From: Lama guanicoe
Taxonomy: Eukaryota
Direction of reading: 5' to 3'
Assembly (NCBI GenBank): GCA_013239625.1
Contig: MU053513.1
Location: 1,228,927-1,292,926, forward strand
DNA: 64,000 bases
Below, in pieces: positions 25,482 to 39,003 of the stretch (within the stretch, counting starts at the first letter, position 1; the number at the start of each line of letters is the position of its first letter). Under the pieces are notes generated by a model, which was not told where the DNA came from, did not search any database, and worked only from the letters and a program-made list of their open reading frames with translations. A program made the position numbers and the translations under genes.

Positions 25482-28207
25482 AGCGGCGGGTCCCCCCGCG
25501 CGCTCTGCCCGCACGGAACCTGCCCGGCGCGCTCGGCTTCTCCGATTTCCTAGCACCTAGAGGCGCTCGCCTCCTGGGCGGGGTGGAGGGCGTGGGTGAC
25601 CTCCGCCCCTTCCTCCCTTCTCTCCTCTCCGCCCCTTTTGCCTTTAGCCCAGAGCCGGACCAGGAGAGAGTTGAGCACCGCGCTGGGATGCTCCGGCCCC
25701 CGCATCAGCATCGGAGCTGCCCTCTCAACAGCCCGACCGCTTAGGGGAAAGTTTTGTTTCTAACTCATTTTCCAGCTAAAGTCGCCATCTCTACGGCTGA
25801 AAAATAGGAATCTGGGGAGCTGAGGAACGTCTTCGGACCGCTGTCGTGACAGCGTGTTGAACTGTCAGATTGTAGTTTGCAGACAATTCATCCAGGTAGA
25901 AAGAAAGAGACGATGTATTTGGGGAAAGGTTAGTGGCCGATATCCTTAGGAAGTTAAAAACGGGTGTTCAGCCTAAGTGTTGTCAATAAGAAAGTCACTG
26001 CCTTAGGATTCACTGTGGCTTAGAGGACTGGACTGTTTCTTGCTTTCTAAAGAATGAGAGAAGGGTTAGGGTTAGGTTTAGGCGAAAAGTGTTCTCAAAC
26101 ACCTGCAGATAAGGCATTAGTAACATTTTAATGATTTTAAAAGCCCAATGGTGAGAGAATTTCTAATGGTATGTTTACCCAAAGAGATATGAATCTAACA
26201 AATTTTGTGGCGATCATTTCATGATCAAGTTTTAAAATATCCACTACTTCACCAGGTTAAAATTGAGCCATTTTAATCCTGTAACTGCTTTTTGCCAGCA
26301 TTGTTTTGATCCATATCTCTTAACTGTATCTCATTTTTATATCTAAACACTTATGGGAATCTGCTACTGACCTTTGCTCTTTATTAGTAAAATGTTGCCA
26401 CCACATATGTGAAAAACCAATGTCACAAGAAAACAACCCCTCTTTTCTCCATTCTAAAATCAGAAGGGGCCTCTAAATTCCTGGCAATTGAAAAGGATCA
26501 TAAAATACTAGAGGGAGAGAAAATAAATTAGCCATTTACTATAGAAAAGAATGGTTGCAGAGTTTTCCCCTGTGGCAGATACTGAGATGTTTTTAATGAT
26601 ATGATCATAACTTATAAAATAAACTGTTACTGAGGTATGGGGAGAATTGAAAATTTTGGTTGATCAAATATTCTGGTTAGCAGAGAAATGTTACATCTGG
26701 ATGATCAGTATCCGTAAAAACAACTATGTAATAAACCACACTGAAAACGTGAGTGACACAGAGCACTGGTCTTTCCTTTAATGATTAATAGCACTTAATT
26801 ACATTATATGCAATTATCCATTTACTTATGTCTCTCCCACTGAACTAAACGCCTACAGAGGTCTTAGTCATCTCTCCATCCTCACCCAGGACTATCCTGA
26901 CCACTTAGCAAATGCTGTTAGAATTCATCAGTGTTACAGTCAGCATTTCCTGTATTGTATCTCAAGATCTTAAAAAGTCTCATCTCTCATTGGTGCATCT
27001 TACTAACATCAACTGCTGTCTACAGGGTAAAAGAGGAAAAATCTCATTCCTGCCATTTCAAATTGTAACATTTATTATGTGATCTGTTCAAAACAATATT
27101 AATTTACTTTTCAAAAATACTAGATAAATCCTAATTTTTGAAAAGATATCTTCTTTGCATGTATTCTTGGAGTTCCTTTTTTAGAATCCATTTCTTAATC
27201 AAGACACATTTCACCTGAGTATCAATAAAAGATTCTAAAGCACTTACATTGCTTCTCAACATGGAAAGAATATATTAGTATTAGTAGAGCAAACAGCCAA
27301 TTTACATGGAAGATTAAACACCTAACTACTCTTAAAAGAAAAAAGATGTATGTGTCTGGCTTGTAAGACCCAAGTCCGATCCCCTATTCAAAGTTCCCCA
27401 TGGCAGCCTCTGACTGCATATATAAGGAAGAAGAGCTGGTGAATCCGCAGATGAGGGAAACAAACAGATCAAAAATTAGCAGGGGGTGAGGGGTGGCTGA
27501 TAAACTCTTCTGAAAAGTGGTAATTGGTATTAATAATGCTGAGAAGTGGGCGTGCTTAAAACTCTTATTTTATACATTCCTTCAGCAAATTTCTTGAGCA
27601 CCTACTTTTTGTCAGGCACTGTTTCTAGGAGGCAGAGTTACAGCTAGGTGAACAAAGCATACAAGCCCCTGCTCTGTCTGGCTTCTGGACTGGAGGAGGA
27701 CACTTATTTTTGTGGCATGTGTGCCCAGAACCTGGACGTGATTGTGTGCATTCCATTTGGGTTAATGGAGATAAAGCTGATGTCAGACTGTGTACAAGGA
27801 GCTAATATACCATAACAGGTGTGTGCCTGGCAAACACCTTCACTCATTAGATGGAGAACACTTTGCTCAGAAGAGTGTACAGGCTATAATTAAAGTCAGA
27901 GAAACCGGGACTCAGTGACACTGAGGCTGAAATAAAAATGCCATAAAAATCAAAGAGTGTGTTGGAAGTTGATTTTTATAGTTTTAATAAAACTGTCTTG
28001 GGAAGCTTTTCTGATATTTACCATCAACATTAATGCTAGGAAATATGCCTCAGTTTGGTAGTAATGAAAATAATAACAACTTCTTTTGCCTTTTTATTTT
28101 CATTATGTAACTGTTTGAAATACAAAAAGTAACATGTGCAAGGCATTTGTAAGTTGTGAATCATAATATAAAATGAACACCCATGCACCTACCACCTAAT
28201 GTAAGGA

Positions 28208-28652
28208 CTGCATTCATTTCCTAGCGCTGCTGTGACAAAGTACCACAAACTGAGTGGCTTAAACAGTGGAAATGTATTGTCTTACAGTCTGGACGTTAGA
28301 AGTCTGAAATCAAGGTTTTGGCAGGGTTAGTTCCTTCCGAGGGCTCTGAGGGAGACTGTTCCACGTCCCTGTCCTTGCTTCTGGCAGTCTTGATCGCTCC
28401 TTGGCTTATAGATGCATCACACCAATCTCTGCCTTCACCTTCACATGCCATTCTCTCTGTGTCTGTCCTCACATGGCCATCTTCTTATAAAGAGCCCAGT
28501 CTTATTGGATTAGGGATCCACCCTCCTCCAGTACAACCTGGTCTTAATTGATTATATCTGCAACAACCCTATTTCCTAATAGGATCGCATTCTGTGATAC
28601 TGGGGGTTAGGATTGAGACATATCTTTGGAGGGGGGTTAATTCACTCCATAG
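28208..28652 (-). mobile_element. MaLR LTR (MLT1-type)
   Basis: 'gctgctgtgacaaagtaccacaaactgagtggcttaaac...gaagtctgaaatcaagg'. Confidence 0.8.
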
Positions 28653-28659
28653 CAAGGAC

Positions 28660-29790
28660 TATACTAGAACATTACTAATATTGTTACATCTCTCTGCATA
28701 TTTCTGCCTCCATTTCATTCCTCTGTATCCCTCCCCGAGAAGTAACAGAGATAACCATGGTCCTGAATTGTGTGTCTGTCATCATTTTCTTGCATTTTAT
28801 TGTTTTATACATAAATATGCAGATGAACCAATATATTATTTAACTTTCCTTGTTTTGTAATGTTAACCTTCTGTCACTTGCTTTTTCTTAATGCAAGAGT
28901 TATAGGGTGCATGCATGTTGTTGTATGCAATGGTAGTTATTCATTTATAAAATTCTGTAATAACTCAATGATCACATAATGAAATTTTTAAAATACCATT
29001 CTGTTAATAACCATTGGGACTATTTCCAGTTTGGGGTTCTTAGGGAATAATCTACCATGAATAATCTTCTATTCATCGTTTTGTGTAGGAGTGTCTGTAG
29101 GATCTATACCTAGATAAAATTACTGGGTCATAGGGTATGAGAATGTCCAACGTTCCAAGACAAGACCAAAATCTTGTGTTGACTCGCAGTCCTTCAAACT
29201 GTGCATAAGAGTTGTCTTCAGCCACATTTGTGCTAATTCTTGGAATTGTCTCTCTTTTTAATTATTACCAACCAGGTGATTGCAAAATGGTATCACCTTG
29301 TGGGACTAAATTATATTTCCCTTTGCATTCCTGTTTCTTCTTCTGTGAAATATCTGTTTGCCTCTTTTGTCCAAATGTTATTAGGTTATTTGCCTTCTTA
29401 CTAATAATTCTTCATGTGTTCTAGATGCTAATCCTCTACCAATTATAGAGGAAACAACTTTTTCCATATCACAGCTTACCTTTTCATTCTCTTTGTGCTG
29501 TCATTTTTGTTACAAACAGTTCTTAATTCAATGTGATCAAATTTAAATATTTTAGGTCTTATTTTTTGTCATGCTGTTTAGCTTTTTTGGTGTCATATTC
29601 TAAAAGACCTTCTAGAACCCCAATTATAAAGATCTGCTATATATTTTCTAAACATTTTGACATTTTTTTCCTTCCACATTTAAGTCTTTAATCCTTCAGG
29701 TAATGACTTTGAGCATTTGTGAGGTAGGAAGCCAGGGTTTTTCTCCATATGGATAATCAATATTAGTGGTGCCATTATTAAATAATCCCA
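28660..29790 (-). mobile_element. Decayed old L1M fragment
   Basis: T-rich antisense L1 motifs: 'ggactatttccagtttgggg', 'aaatggtatcacc', 'acatttaagtctttaatcc'. Confidence 0.65.
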
Positions 29791-29792
29791 CT

Positions 29793-30055
29793 ATTATGGG
29801 TTGCATTGTGTCCCCCAATATGTCTATATTGAAGCCCTAAGCCCCAGAACCTTAGAAAATGACCTTATGTTGAGACAAAGTCTTTACAGAGTAATCAAGT
29901 TTAAAATGAGGCCATGAGGATGGGTCCTAATCCCACACGATTAGTGTCCTTATAAAAATGGGAAATTTAGAGACAGACATATATCCAGGGAGCACAATAC
30001 ATTCTAGCCGTGTAACCCACCCAGTTTGTGGTGCTTTGTTATGGCAGCCCCAGCA
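29793..30055 (+). mobile_element. MaLR LTR fragment (MLT1-type, internally deleted)
   Basis: 'tatgggttgcattgtgtccccc...ccacccagtttgtggtgctttgttatggcagccc'. Confidence 0.75.
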
Positions 30056-31455
30056 TATGTATCCATCCTCCCTTCCCCATTAATCTGAACTATGGATCTC
30101 TCATAGACCCAGTTTCCATATATGATGGGGACATTATTATTCGCCGTAGAATCAAACCTGCACTAGGCACTTTCATCATGGTATAATGCTTAATCCTCTA
30201 AACAAATGTGTGAAGTCCAGCTGACCATCATCTCTTACCCGAATTATGGTGACAACCTCCTCCCAATTGTCTCCAGTCTTGTTTGACTCCAGTCAACAGC
30301 TGCCCGCCGTCAGATTGCTCTGTTCAGTATAGGCTCCCAGGCCAGACTGGCCAAATTCATGTTCAAGGCCCTCCACTTATAACTAGTTCCATTACCTTAG
30401 GAAATTACCTAAATCTTGCGTGCCTTGGTTTCCTTATTTTAACAATGCAAAAAAATAATAGTACCTACCTCCCGGACTTGTTACAAGACTCACACTAGTT
30501 AAGCACATTGAAAGTACCTGGTGTTCCATGTGTGGTAGATGTCATTATGTCTTTCTAAAATGCCAATACGGCTTTCATGTTGGACCCCAATATAACTATA
30601 TCGGCTCATCACTTCCCCCAAGCAGGTTCTTTGGGACCTGAGTTCCTATGAGGTTAATTTTTTTTTCAAACATTAATTAGGTATGGGAAAGCCATTAAAC
30701 AAATGGTATATGGAATTCTTTAATCGAAGAATGTTAAGAGATACTCATGTGCATTGTGAATCTTCTGGAAGGGAGAGAATGCTCACTGGGTCCTACTGGA
30801 CTCTAGTCCCTCTGGGAAGAACTATTTGGGAAATGCTACTGTCACACTGAGGATAAACTCTGAATTCTTTAAGGATTGTTTCAGGCTCTTCCTAATCCAT
30901 CACCCTGCTTCTGCCCCAAGGCTTACCTCTCATTTGTCACCCTGAGAACTCTGTGCTTCGGCCACACAGACATCCTCAGCTCCTGGGACCTGACCCTGAG
31001 CCTCCTGCCACCTCCGTCTTTAGCCCTCCTCCTTCAGCCTTTCACACGTTGCCTGAGTCCTTGTCAGGCTTCAGGGCTCAGCACAAATTTGTACGCTTTC
31101 TGGACATCATGCAAACTGCACACCTGTCATCACCGTGGTGTTTCCAGTACCTTTTTTTTTTCATCTGTAGAAGCAAATTTTTAATGGCTGCTTAATTATA
31201 TCACTACATTTTTATTGCTGTATAGTACTCACTTAAGCACTTAAAAATAGGAAATGTACAAAGATTAAATTAAGAGACAGTAAAGTGACAACACATTTGG
31301 CCTTTATATAAGAAAAGGTCATAACCACGTTGTTGACATGTAACAGTTTTAATACAACAGTTAAAATTGTGAGTCTACAGCAGAAGTCATCTGTAGTTAA
31401 ACAGGAAACAATGTTGGAAAAGACCATGTTAAAACAAATGCTGTGGAGGTGCTCA

Positions 31456-31523
31456 GGAAGGAAGGAAGGAAGGAAGGAAAGAAGGAAGGAAGGAAGGGAG
31501 GGAGGGAGGGATGGAGGGAGGAG
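31456..31523 (+). repeat. (GGAA)n/(GGGA)n microsatellite
   Basis: Direct reading of the tandem repeat. Confidence 0.95.
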
Positions 31524-31969
31524 ACATACTACAGATGTGGAAATCCAAGCACAAAGAAGTTAAGTAACTTGCCTGATTAGAGTGGCAAGTACATGTGACA
31601 AAATCAAGCCTGTCTGAGCACAAAACCCTTACTCTCACCAACTCTTCGTATTGCCTCTGGGATTAAAAAAAGAAAAAGTGCTGTCCTTTCTGCAAACAGT
31701 TTGTTGCTACTGAGTCTACCACCAGAAGGACAGATGCCCAGATTGTTTTTCTTTCAGTGCAAAAAGTTTTGCAATAATCCATCTATATTCTTTCATAACA
31801 TCCAAGACCAACAGTGCCACTTTTTTAGCACTAGTATTTTTGTTAACTCTTAAAGATAGGCAGAATTGAAAGTCTACGGGGTTGAAAGAAGGGAAAGGTT
31901 GGAAAGAGGCAGAATTGAAAGATAGTGTTTATTGATTTCCTGCCCTGTACCTAGAACTGTGACAGGTTA

Positions 31970-32412
31970 TTTTTTTTTTAATACAGTTGATTTACAATGT
32001 TGTGTTTGTTTCTGGTGTACAGCACAGTTATACATATGTATTCTTTTTCATATTCTTTTTCATTATAGATTATCATAAGATGCTAAACATACTTCCTTGT
32101 GCTATACAGTAGGATTTTGTTATTTGTCTATTTTATATGTAGTAGTTAGTATCTCCGAATCCAGAACTCCTAATTTACCCCTCCTACCCTTTGCTCTTCA
32201 GTAACCATGTTTGTTTTCTATGTTTGTGAGTCTGTTCCTGTCTTGTAAATATGTTTATTTGTGTCATTTTAGATTCCACATATACGGTATTTACCTTTGA
32301 CATAACTTCACTTAGTATGACAATCTCTAGGTCCATCCATGTTGCTGAAAATGGCTTTATTTCATTCTTTGCTATGGCTGAGTGGTATTCCATTGTCTTT
32401 ATCCAGTCATCT
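31970..32412 (-). mobile_element. L1 3' fragment
   Basis: Poly-T followed by 'tctctaggtccatccatgttgctg...tttatccagtcatctgt'. Confidence 0.85.
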
Positions 32413-33924
32413 GTGTGATAGCTCTTCGCATGCACACATCAGGTGACCAGGTGTTCATTTTATCCTCATTATACCAAGGAGAGATGAAGAAACCAAAGCC
32501 GAGAGAACATAAATTCTTTGCCCGAGATCACACAGCTGTGTTGAAAGTAAGCTACAACACAAACCATGAAGTGCTCAGCAATTTCTGTTTCATTCAGGGA
32601 ACGGAGACAAGTGCAGATCTTAAACCTCCTGTCTATTCCCACACATCCCCACCAGCCAGGACCCTGCTCCTGGCTACTCCCTCTGGAGCCTGGGGTGCCT
32701 ATGACTATTCACTATTTATTCTACAAATTTATTGGACTCAAAGTGACCAAAGTGCTCTGCTAAGGACTTTTGAGATGCAGAGATCATGCTGCCCCAGCCC
32801 CTGTCCTCAAGAAACTTAAAATCTAGAGTGGCATGTCAGTTCTTGTCAGTGATCCCCTATTTTCTTTCACTTCTCTTTCCATTTCACCTTCATCCTTTTC
32901 CAGGCTCCCCATATGCCCTTTTGATGCTTTTCTTCCTGACTTTCCTGACTTCAATATTTGATGTCGGTATCTTGGATCCAACTAAGGAACAAATTTAACC
33001 CAGTAAAATAATATTTTTAAGTAGCCTTAAGCAGGGGGGACAAGACATATAGCATTTGACAAAAGTGAAAGTGAAAAGTAAGAGTCTGCATCATGGGAGG
33101 GAATGGACCAGTTGCAGCATCATGGAAGGCACTGGGGTCCCCAGTACAGGGGCCAAAAAGAAGGACAATATTGTGTGAAGAAATGTTGCCTTTCTCACTT
33201 TTTTCTCGCATGCTCACGTATGAAAAGATATAGAATTTATATGTATTGAGAATTGACTGGGTCTCCAGGTCATGCTAAACACTTTACATATATATTCAAT
33301 TAACATTACCAGGAACTCTTTAAAAAAAAAAGGCAAAACCATGATCATTTTGCACATGCAGGAACTGAAGCACAGAAAGATTAAGTAGTTAAATCACACA
33401 ACGGTAGAGGAAGAACTCAGTCCCAGATCTGGTCAACTCCTGAGCCCCTTGACCTAAGCCCTGGCCCATCCTGCCTCCCTAAAAATGATCAGCAGGCAAG
33501 ACTCCCCTGCCCTCTGTGGTTGGACACGCAGGGTTGTCCCTGAACTGGCAGCTGTCACAGAATGTTCTTTTGTGGCTAAGTGGTTATCAGGGATCATCTC
33601 AATTCCTTATCTGCATTCAATACTTGTCCACAGTTTTCACGTGACTTTGCTTTAGTGACATTTCCAAACACCAGCATCCAAATCCAAAGCAAATCTGAAA
33701 CCACCATGAAGGGGGATGAGGCCGTCCTTGGAAAAGGAAAGAAAACCACCCCTTAAAAAAAATTTAAAATTAGTCCCTTGAACAGTAATTCAAGTAAAGA
33801 GAACTTGAAAAAGAAAATTTGGATAGGTTCACTGTTCCTCCAACTCAGCACAAAGGGGAAACTGCCTTCCCTGAAAGCTGGAGCCATCACAGCTGTGGAA
33901 ACCTTATCAAAAAGCTGAATTCCA

Positions 33925-34174
33925 TTTGTAGATACTGACAGGCATATGCAGAATAGATAAACAAGATAATACTGTACAGCACAGGGAAATATACACAAGA
34001 TCTTGTGGTAGCTCACAGCAAAACAAAATGCAACAATGAATATATGCATGTTCACGTATAACTGAAAAATTGTGCTCCACACTGGAAATTGACACAACAT
34101 TGTAAACTGACTATAACTCAATAAAAAATGTTAAAAACAAACAAACAAAAAAACAAACAAACAAACAAACAAAC
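33925..34174 (+). mobile_element. Young L1 3' end with (AAAC)n tail
   Basis: TSD aaaagctgaattcca (33910-33924) / aaaagctgagctcca (34175-34189); closely similar to 39030-39237 in reverse orientation. Confidence 0.9.
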
Positions 34175-36433
34175 AAAAGCTGAGCTCCAGAGTAGGACTG
34201 GCTTCTTGGCCATGCAACCAGCTCAACCTTGAAATTCCTCAGTTATTTTATCTTTGAACTTGTGTGTTTAAGCGAAGTCCAATGGGACAATGGAGCCTGC
34301 ATCAGGGGCTTAGACCTCCAGCTCCCACACAATCCCACCTGGCCTGGGACAGGTCCTCAGCCACCCATTCCCTTGTCCCAAACTTCAGCCAGCCTCCCCT
34401 CAGCAGCCCCGCCAGGTGACTGCTGCCACTCTGCACCTCGGAAGGGGCCTGGTCACAGCTTGGGTAGGGTGGGGTAGACACACACCCTGAGGCATCTCAG
34501 GGCCAAGCATGACTATGGCTGCTCCCATTCCAGGTGAGACTTGTCTGGGCCAGGGCAGGGGCAAGCCTCTCGTCCCCCTAATCAGGTGCTGAGCACATCC
34601 TGACACAGAGGTTTAAGATCTTTAATAGTCACCCATTCTACTGTGAATTGGGACTGTGGTCCCATGTAAATAGGGGACCCTCTGGCTCAACGCCTTTGAC
34701 CCAAGCTCCCTGCTGGGACACTGCACATGAGTCCCTTGGCTGATAAGAGGAGGGACCCACTAGCCATCAGGCCTCAGGAAACACACGCTCAACCCAAATC
34801 ACGCAGAGGGACCCTTGGGTACCTGTGGAGGGTTGGCGCTGACTCCTACGCCCCAAGTACCCCTCAGCCAGCTCCAGGCTGGGGGATTTTCTCTTCTTCC
34901 TTCCAGTCTTCCTTATTCTGGGTTGACTTTGCCTCTGACCAGCTAGAGGTGCCCTCAAAGGACAAGCCACAAAATACAAATTGTGTAATTTCGGTGATTC
35001 CACACCCCAGTGAAATGTGATATTTGTATTTGCACTGGCGTTGCACAATATAGAGAACAGTAAAATTCATGCTAGTAATGTAGCGTTTTAGTTTTTATTT
35101 TCTTTGGACATCAAACAGCGAATAAACAAAACCATGACAAATCCAGAGAGAGCCCACACACAAAAAAGCTTTATATTTTAATACTTTTAACAGCTTTTTT
35201 CCCCTGCTTTTTGCATTTCTTTCTCCACTTCTACACACCCAGCACTGCATCCTAGTCGTCCGTGTATGGTGCCCAGGTTCTAACACACAGTCAATAAACA
35301 TTTGGTAAATGAATGAATAAGTTCCTACAACAATTTCTCCCTTCCAGTTGGCACTAAACACTTTCTACCTGCTAAACTGACCAAGAGGCTGTGTCCTCTG
35401 TGTTTTCGCATCTTCCATAAAACTTAGCACAGTTCCTTTGTTGATGCTCATTACTGTGGAAGGAATAACCACATACATTTGTGTTTTCCCTTGTCTCAGT
35501 CAATGTAGCTCTCTAGACAATGTAAAGTGGGGATATAAATTATAGACTGAATAAATTAAAGCAAAAAATACTCTCAAGGCAGGGGAAAAAATTGAGGGGA
35601 AAAGTCGTTCTCAGACAGAATTGTGCAACCAATTCGCCTCGTTCTCCACACCACGTTTCACAGTGAGGCAGAGTTGAAGCATCACGTATCATTTTCTGGA
35701 AAGCCAGTTACAACTTATTCTAACACAGTCAACATTATTTCTCGTATCATAAAATTTTTAAAAATCAAGTTGAAAGTTAAAAGCTCTGTATTGTCACGAA
35801 TTTTTTTTTAAGTTCAAAAAAACGAAAACCTTGGCTTTCAGAATGTGACTCCTCTGCCAGGAAGAGGCGCTCATCTTGTGAAAGTGACAGCAGAGCCAGT
35901 CACCGCTCATCAGAGGGAAAACGCTGCCGTCAGAAGTCGTGTCCTCGGCAACTGTTAGCTTTGCTTTTTTTCACGAGTTGGGCGTTTGGTCTTTCTCGTC
36001 ATCATAACTGAGAATAATATTCTTCAGGGGATAATCATCTGACAGAAATGTCTCCCTTTCCAGAGCACATTCCAGAGCGTTCCAGAACACGTCTCCTGCA
36101 CATTTGAATCCCTTCTGCATCTCTGCTGCTGCTGATGGATCAATCACAATTGAAAGAGTAAAACTTGGTCTCAAAATGTGAACCTTCTCCTGCCATCTCC
36201 TTTCCTTTCAGCAGTCCCAGGTATCCAGTGGGTCACTATATTAGGCATCTTTGATGCCCTTTCTCCCCCTACCCAACCCAGAGCTCAGTATGCCAGCTCA
36301 GTCACCAATGAGCTGATTATCTTGGACACGTCACTTGAGCCCTCTGATCTTCACACGTCCCATCCACACACTGGAGAACAGGCAAAGGAAAGAAAAAGAG
36401 AGATGGTTAGACTAGAATGGTCTTTAGGATTCT

Positions 36434-36805
36434 TTATAAGTCAAGGTTCTCCAGCAAAACAGAATCAGTAAGATGTGCATGTGTGTTCATGTGTGTGTGT
36501 TCACATATACACTACAGACATTACATCTATATGCATTATGTGTATTACATATGTGCCCTATATGTAAAATATATACTATATATATATACATTATAAATAG
36601 TTATATGTATATAGAAAAGACATACTACATGACTGTTCAGACCACAGGCAGAGACCCTGAAGAACCATGTCCAGCTCCAGTCCACATGTAGACTGCTGGA
36701 GAATTCCCTCTCGCTTGGGGAAGGCTTTTTGTTCTATGCAGGGGTTCAGTGTATGTACATAGACACACATCTTATTGGTTCTGTTTCTCTGGAGACCCCT
36801 GGAAA
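36434..36805. mobile_element. MLT2/ERVL-type LTR with internal TA/TG simple repeats
   Basis: Termini 'agtcaaggttctccagcaaaacagaatc' and 'ttggttctgtttctctggagacccctg'; the final 'aataca' is displaced to 37390 by a nested insertion. Confidence 0.7.
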
Positions 36806-37390
36806 TGTTGCTGGAAAGTGTGTTGCAGCTCAGTATCAGAGCTCAGTGTTACAGCTCGGTTGTGACAGCAACCTGGATCCCAGAGAGAGACCAAGCAGCA
36901 CTCAGAGAGTTAGAGATCTCAGGTTTATTATGCCAGCAGGCCCAGAGGAGTTAACACTCCAAGCTCTGGACCCCGTCTGTACGTTTACACAGGCTTTTAT
37001 AGGCTGCCAGTTTACACTTTTCAACATTTTATGCAAATAAGGTAGAACAGAAGTTGACTAATTAAGAACAAGCTTTGTAGAAATGGACCAATCAGGGGGG
37101 AGAGAAATGGACCAATCAGGAGTGAGGGAAATGGACCAATCAGGAGTGAGAGAAATAACCAATCAGGAGTGAGCTCCATGCAAATGAAGCACTACAAATG
37201 GACCAATCAGGAGTGAGCTCAGGGAAACAATAGAATTTTAGAGGTAAGTTCCACTTTCCTAGAAGTAAGCCATTTCAGAGGCAAAAAGTGAGATAAAGCT
37301 GCTGGGCCAGGGAACTGGATGGTCCTGGCAGGAGAGTAGTGGTACTGCCTGGGGGTCCTGCTGGTCTTTTTTATGGGGCTTCCAACCTCA
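36806..37390 (-). mobile_element. Solo ERV LTR (about 585 bp)
   Basis: On the minus strand: TG start, tandem CCAAT array (37081-37220), TATAAAA (37001-36995), AATAAA (36929-36924), CA end. This is U3-R-U5 order. No clean TSD found. Confidence 0.75.
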
Positions 37391-39003
37391 ATACAAATCC
37401 TAATCTTACTCCTTATCCTACTAAATGAAACTGGCCCTCTCATGCACCATGCAGGTGATCAGGGCAGCAGCCAGCCAAGTAGCATTCCAGACAGAGAACC
37501 AGCCACACAAGGAACTAGAGGATAGAATAAGAATAGAGAGAAACCAGTTTGTAGGGAGCAGGTGAATCCCAGGCCCCCAGATGCAAGGTCTGCTCCAGCT
37601 CCCTTTGGCTTGTGGTTTGAGTTCACTGATACATCTCCATCAGAACGGGCCCTGGAATCTGCCAAGGAAGGCAGGGACAGACACTCCCTGCTAATTCTAC
37701 TGCTGGTTTATTCATTTATTCAACATTTATTTGTTTGGCATGAACAAAATTCTGGGTGCAGTGATTTTAGACTTTCTGGAGTGAGTTTACCATCAAGTTA
37801 TACAGCTGAAATTTAAGTGGGCAAGAGATCTTTGATAGAATTGGCATGGTGGACATAGTCCAAATACATTGAAGAGGAGAGGGCAGTGGAGTTCATAGTC
37901 ATACCACGTCTGCAGGTGATTTTAGAATTTAAACCACATCAGGGTGCAGGAGGGAAAACACACTGGGTAAACCATGCTGCCACTGAAAGCCTGAAAGTGC
38001 TTAGAATATGAAATGAACCCCTGGGCCAGGACTAGGCTGGCAATCACTATGTTGTTATGCCTTTCATTTGCCAAGACATGTGCTCAGAGTGGTCAGTCCA
38101 GGCTGTTCTGTCATGAGGACCTCCTGAGACTGACCTATCTGACTAAAATTTAGTTACTATTCCTTGACACACCTCATACAGAATCTGACAGTTTCAGATA
38201 CATTGAATCCAGGGATAAATTCCACCAAAAGCACCCACTATAAACCAAACCTATATAACAAAAGAAGAAAAAAAATTAAGAAGAAATTATTTCATAAAAA
38301 TTATTGTTTGACCTTAAAATAATCAATCAAAAATTTATAAAATAAAAGGAGGCAGTGATATCTGCTGAAACTCAGTTGATTTCAAGTACAGTCCTATATT
38401 TACACTCAGAATAAATGGAGAACGTTTGTCTCACACATCTCATCAGCTGATTGAGTTCACTCTTCCACACCTCTTGGTGTTTTAAAACTAATTTAGAAAT
38501 GTCTCTGTGTCTACAGTTAGCTCCTGATTTACCGTATCAATAATTTTTTTCAATTGAAGCCTATTTAACTTTATTGAACAGATATTTATTATCGTCTAGA
38601 GAATAACTTGTAGCAAGTCTGTGAAAGTCTCCTCTTTCTAGCTGCAGGCTCTACAGTGGCTTACATATCAGCCTGCAAGCTGCCTCTCGAATCATCCATC
38701 TTCCCCACTCCCCATAACCACCCTGGCTCTTTTCCTGCCTTGGAGCACGTGTACTGTTGTTATCTCTGCCTGGAATCATTTTCCCACAGATACGCACTTA
38801 GCAAACTCCTTTATCAACTTCACGTCTTTGTTCAGATCTCACCTTCCCAGTGAAGTCTCTTCCTGGTTATACTGTAAACTGTTCCCCACAAGCCTCACCA
38901 GCACCCCTGCAGGAACCAGACCCTCTCCATCCCTCTTACCCTGTGCTAATTTTCTGCTTTCCCATAGGACTTACTACTTTCTAACATAATACATGATTTC
39001 TTT

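Larger units (their letters stand above)
24690..25760. promoter_or_regulatory. CpG island / TATA-less PTGFR promoter with GC boxes
   Basis: Sharp rise in GC and CpG density relative to the rest of the window; GGGCGG/CCGCCC boxes near 25576, 25602 and 25628; (GCCGC)n and (GGCTCC)n runs at 25411-25460. Confidence 0.9.

Noticed and set aside
24615..25483. Several 80-130 aa Pro/Arg/Ala-rich ORFs
   Set aside because: Stop-codon scarcity in a CpG island; only the exon-1 part of 25369-25304 is retained as a uORF.
37081..37220. Short direct-repeat array superficially like CRISPR
   Set aside because: Head-to-tail units with no unique spacers, no cas genes, mammalian LTR context.
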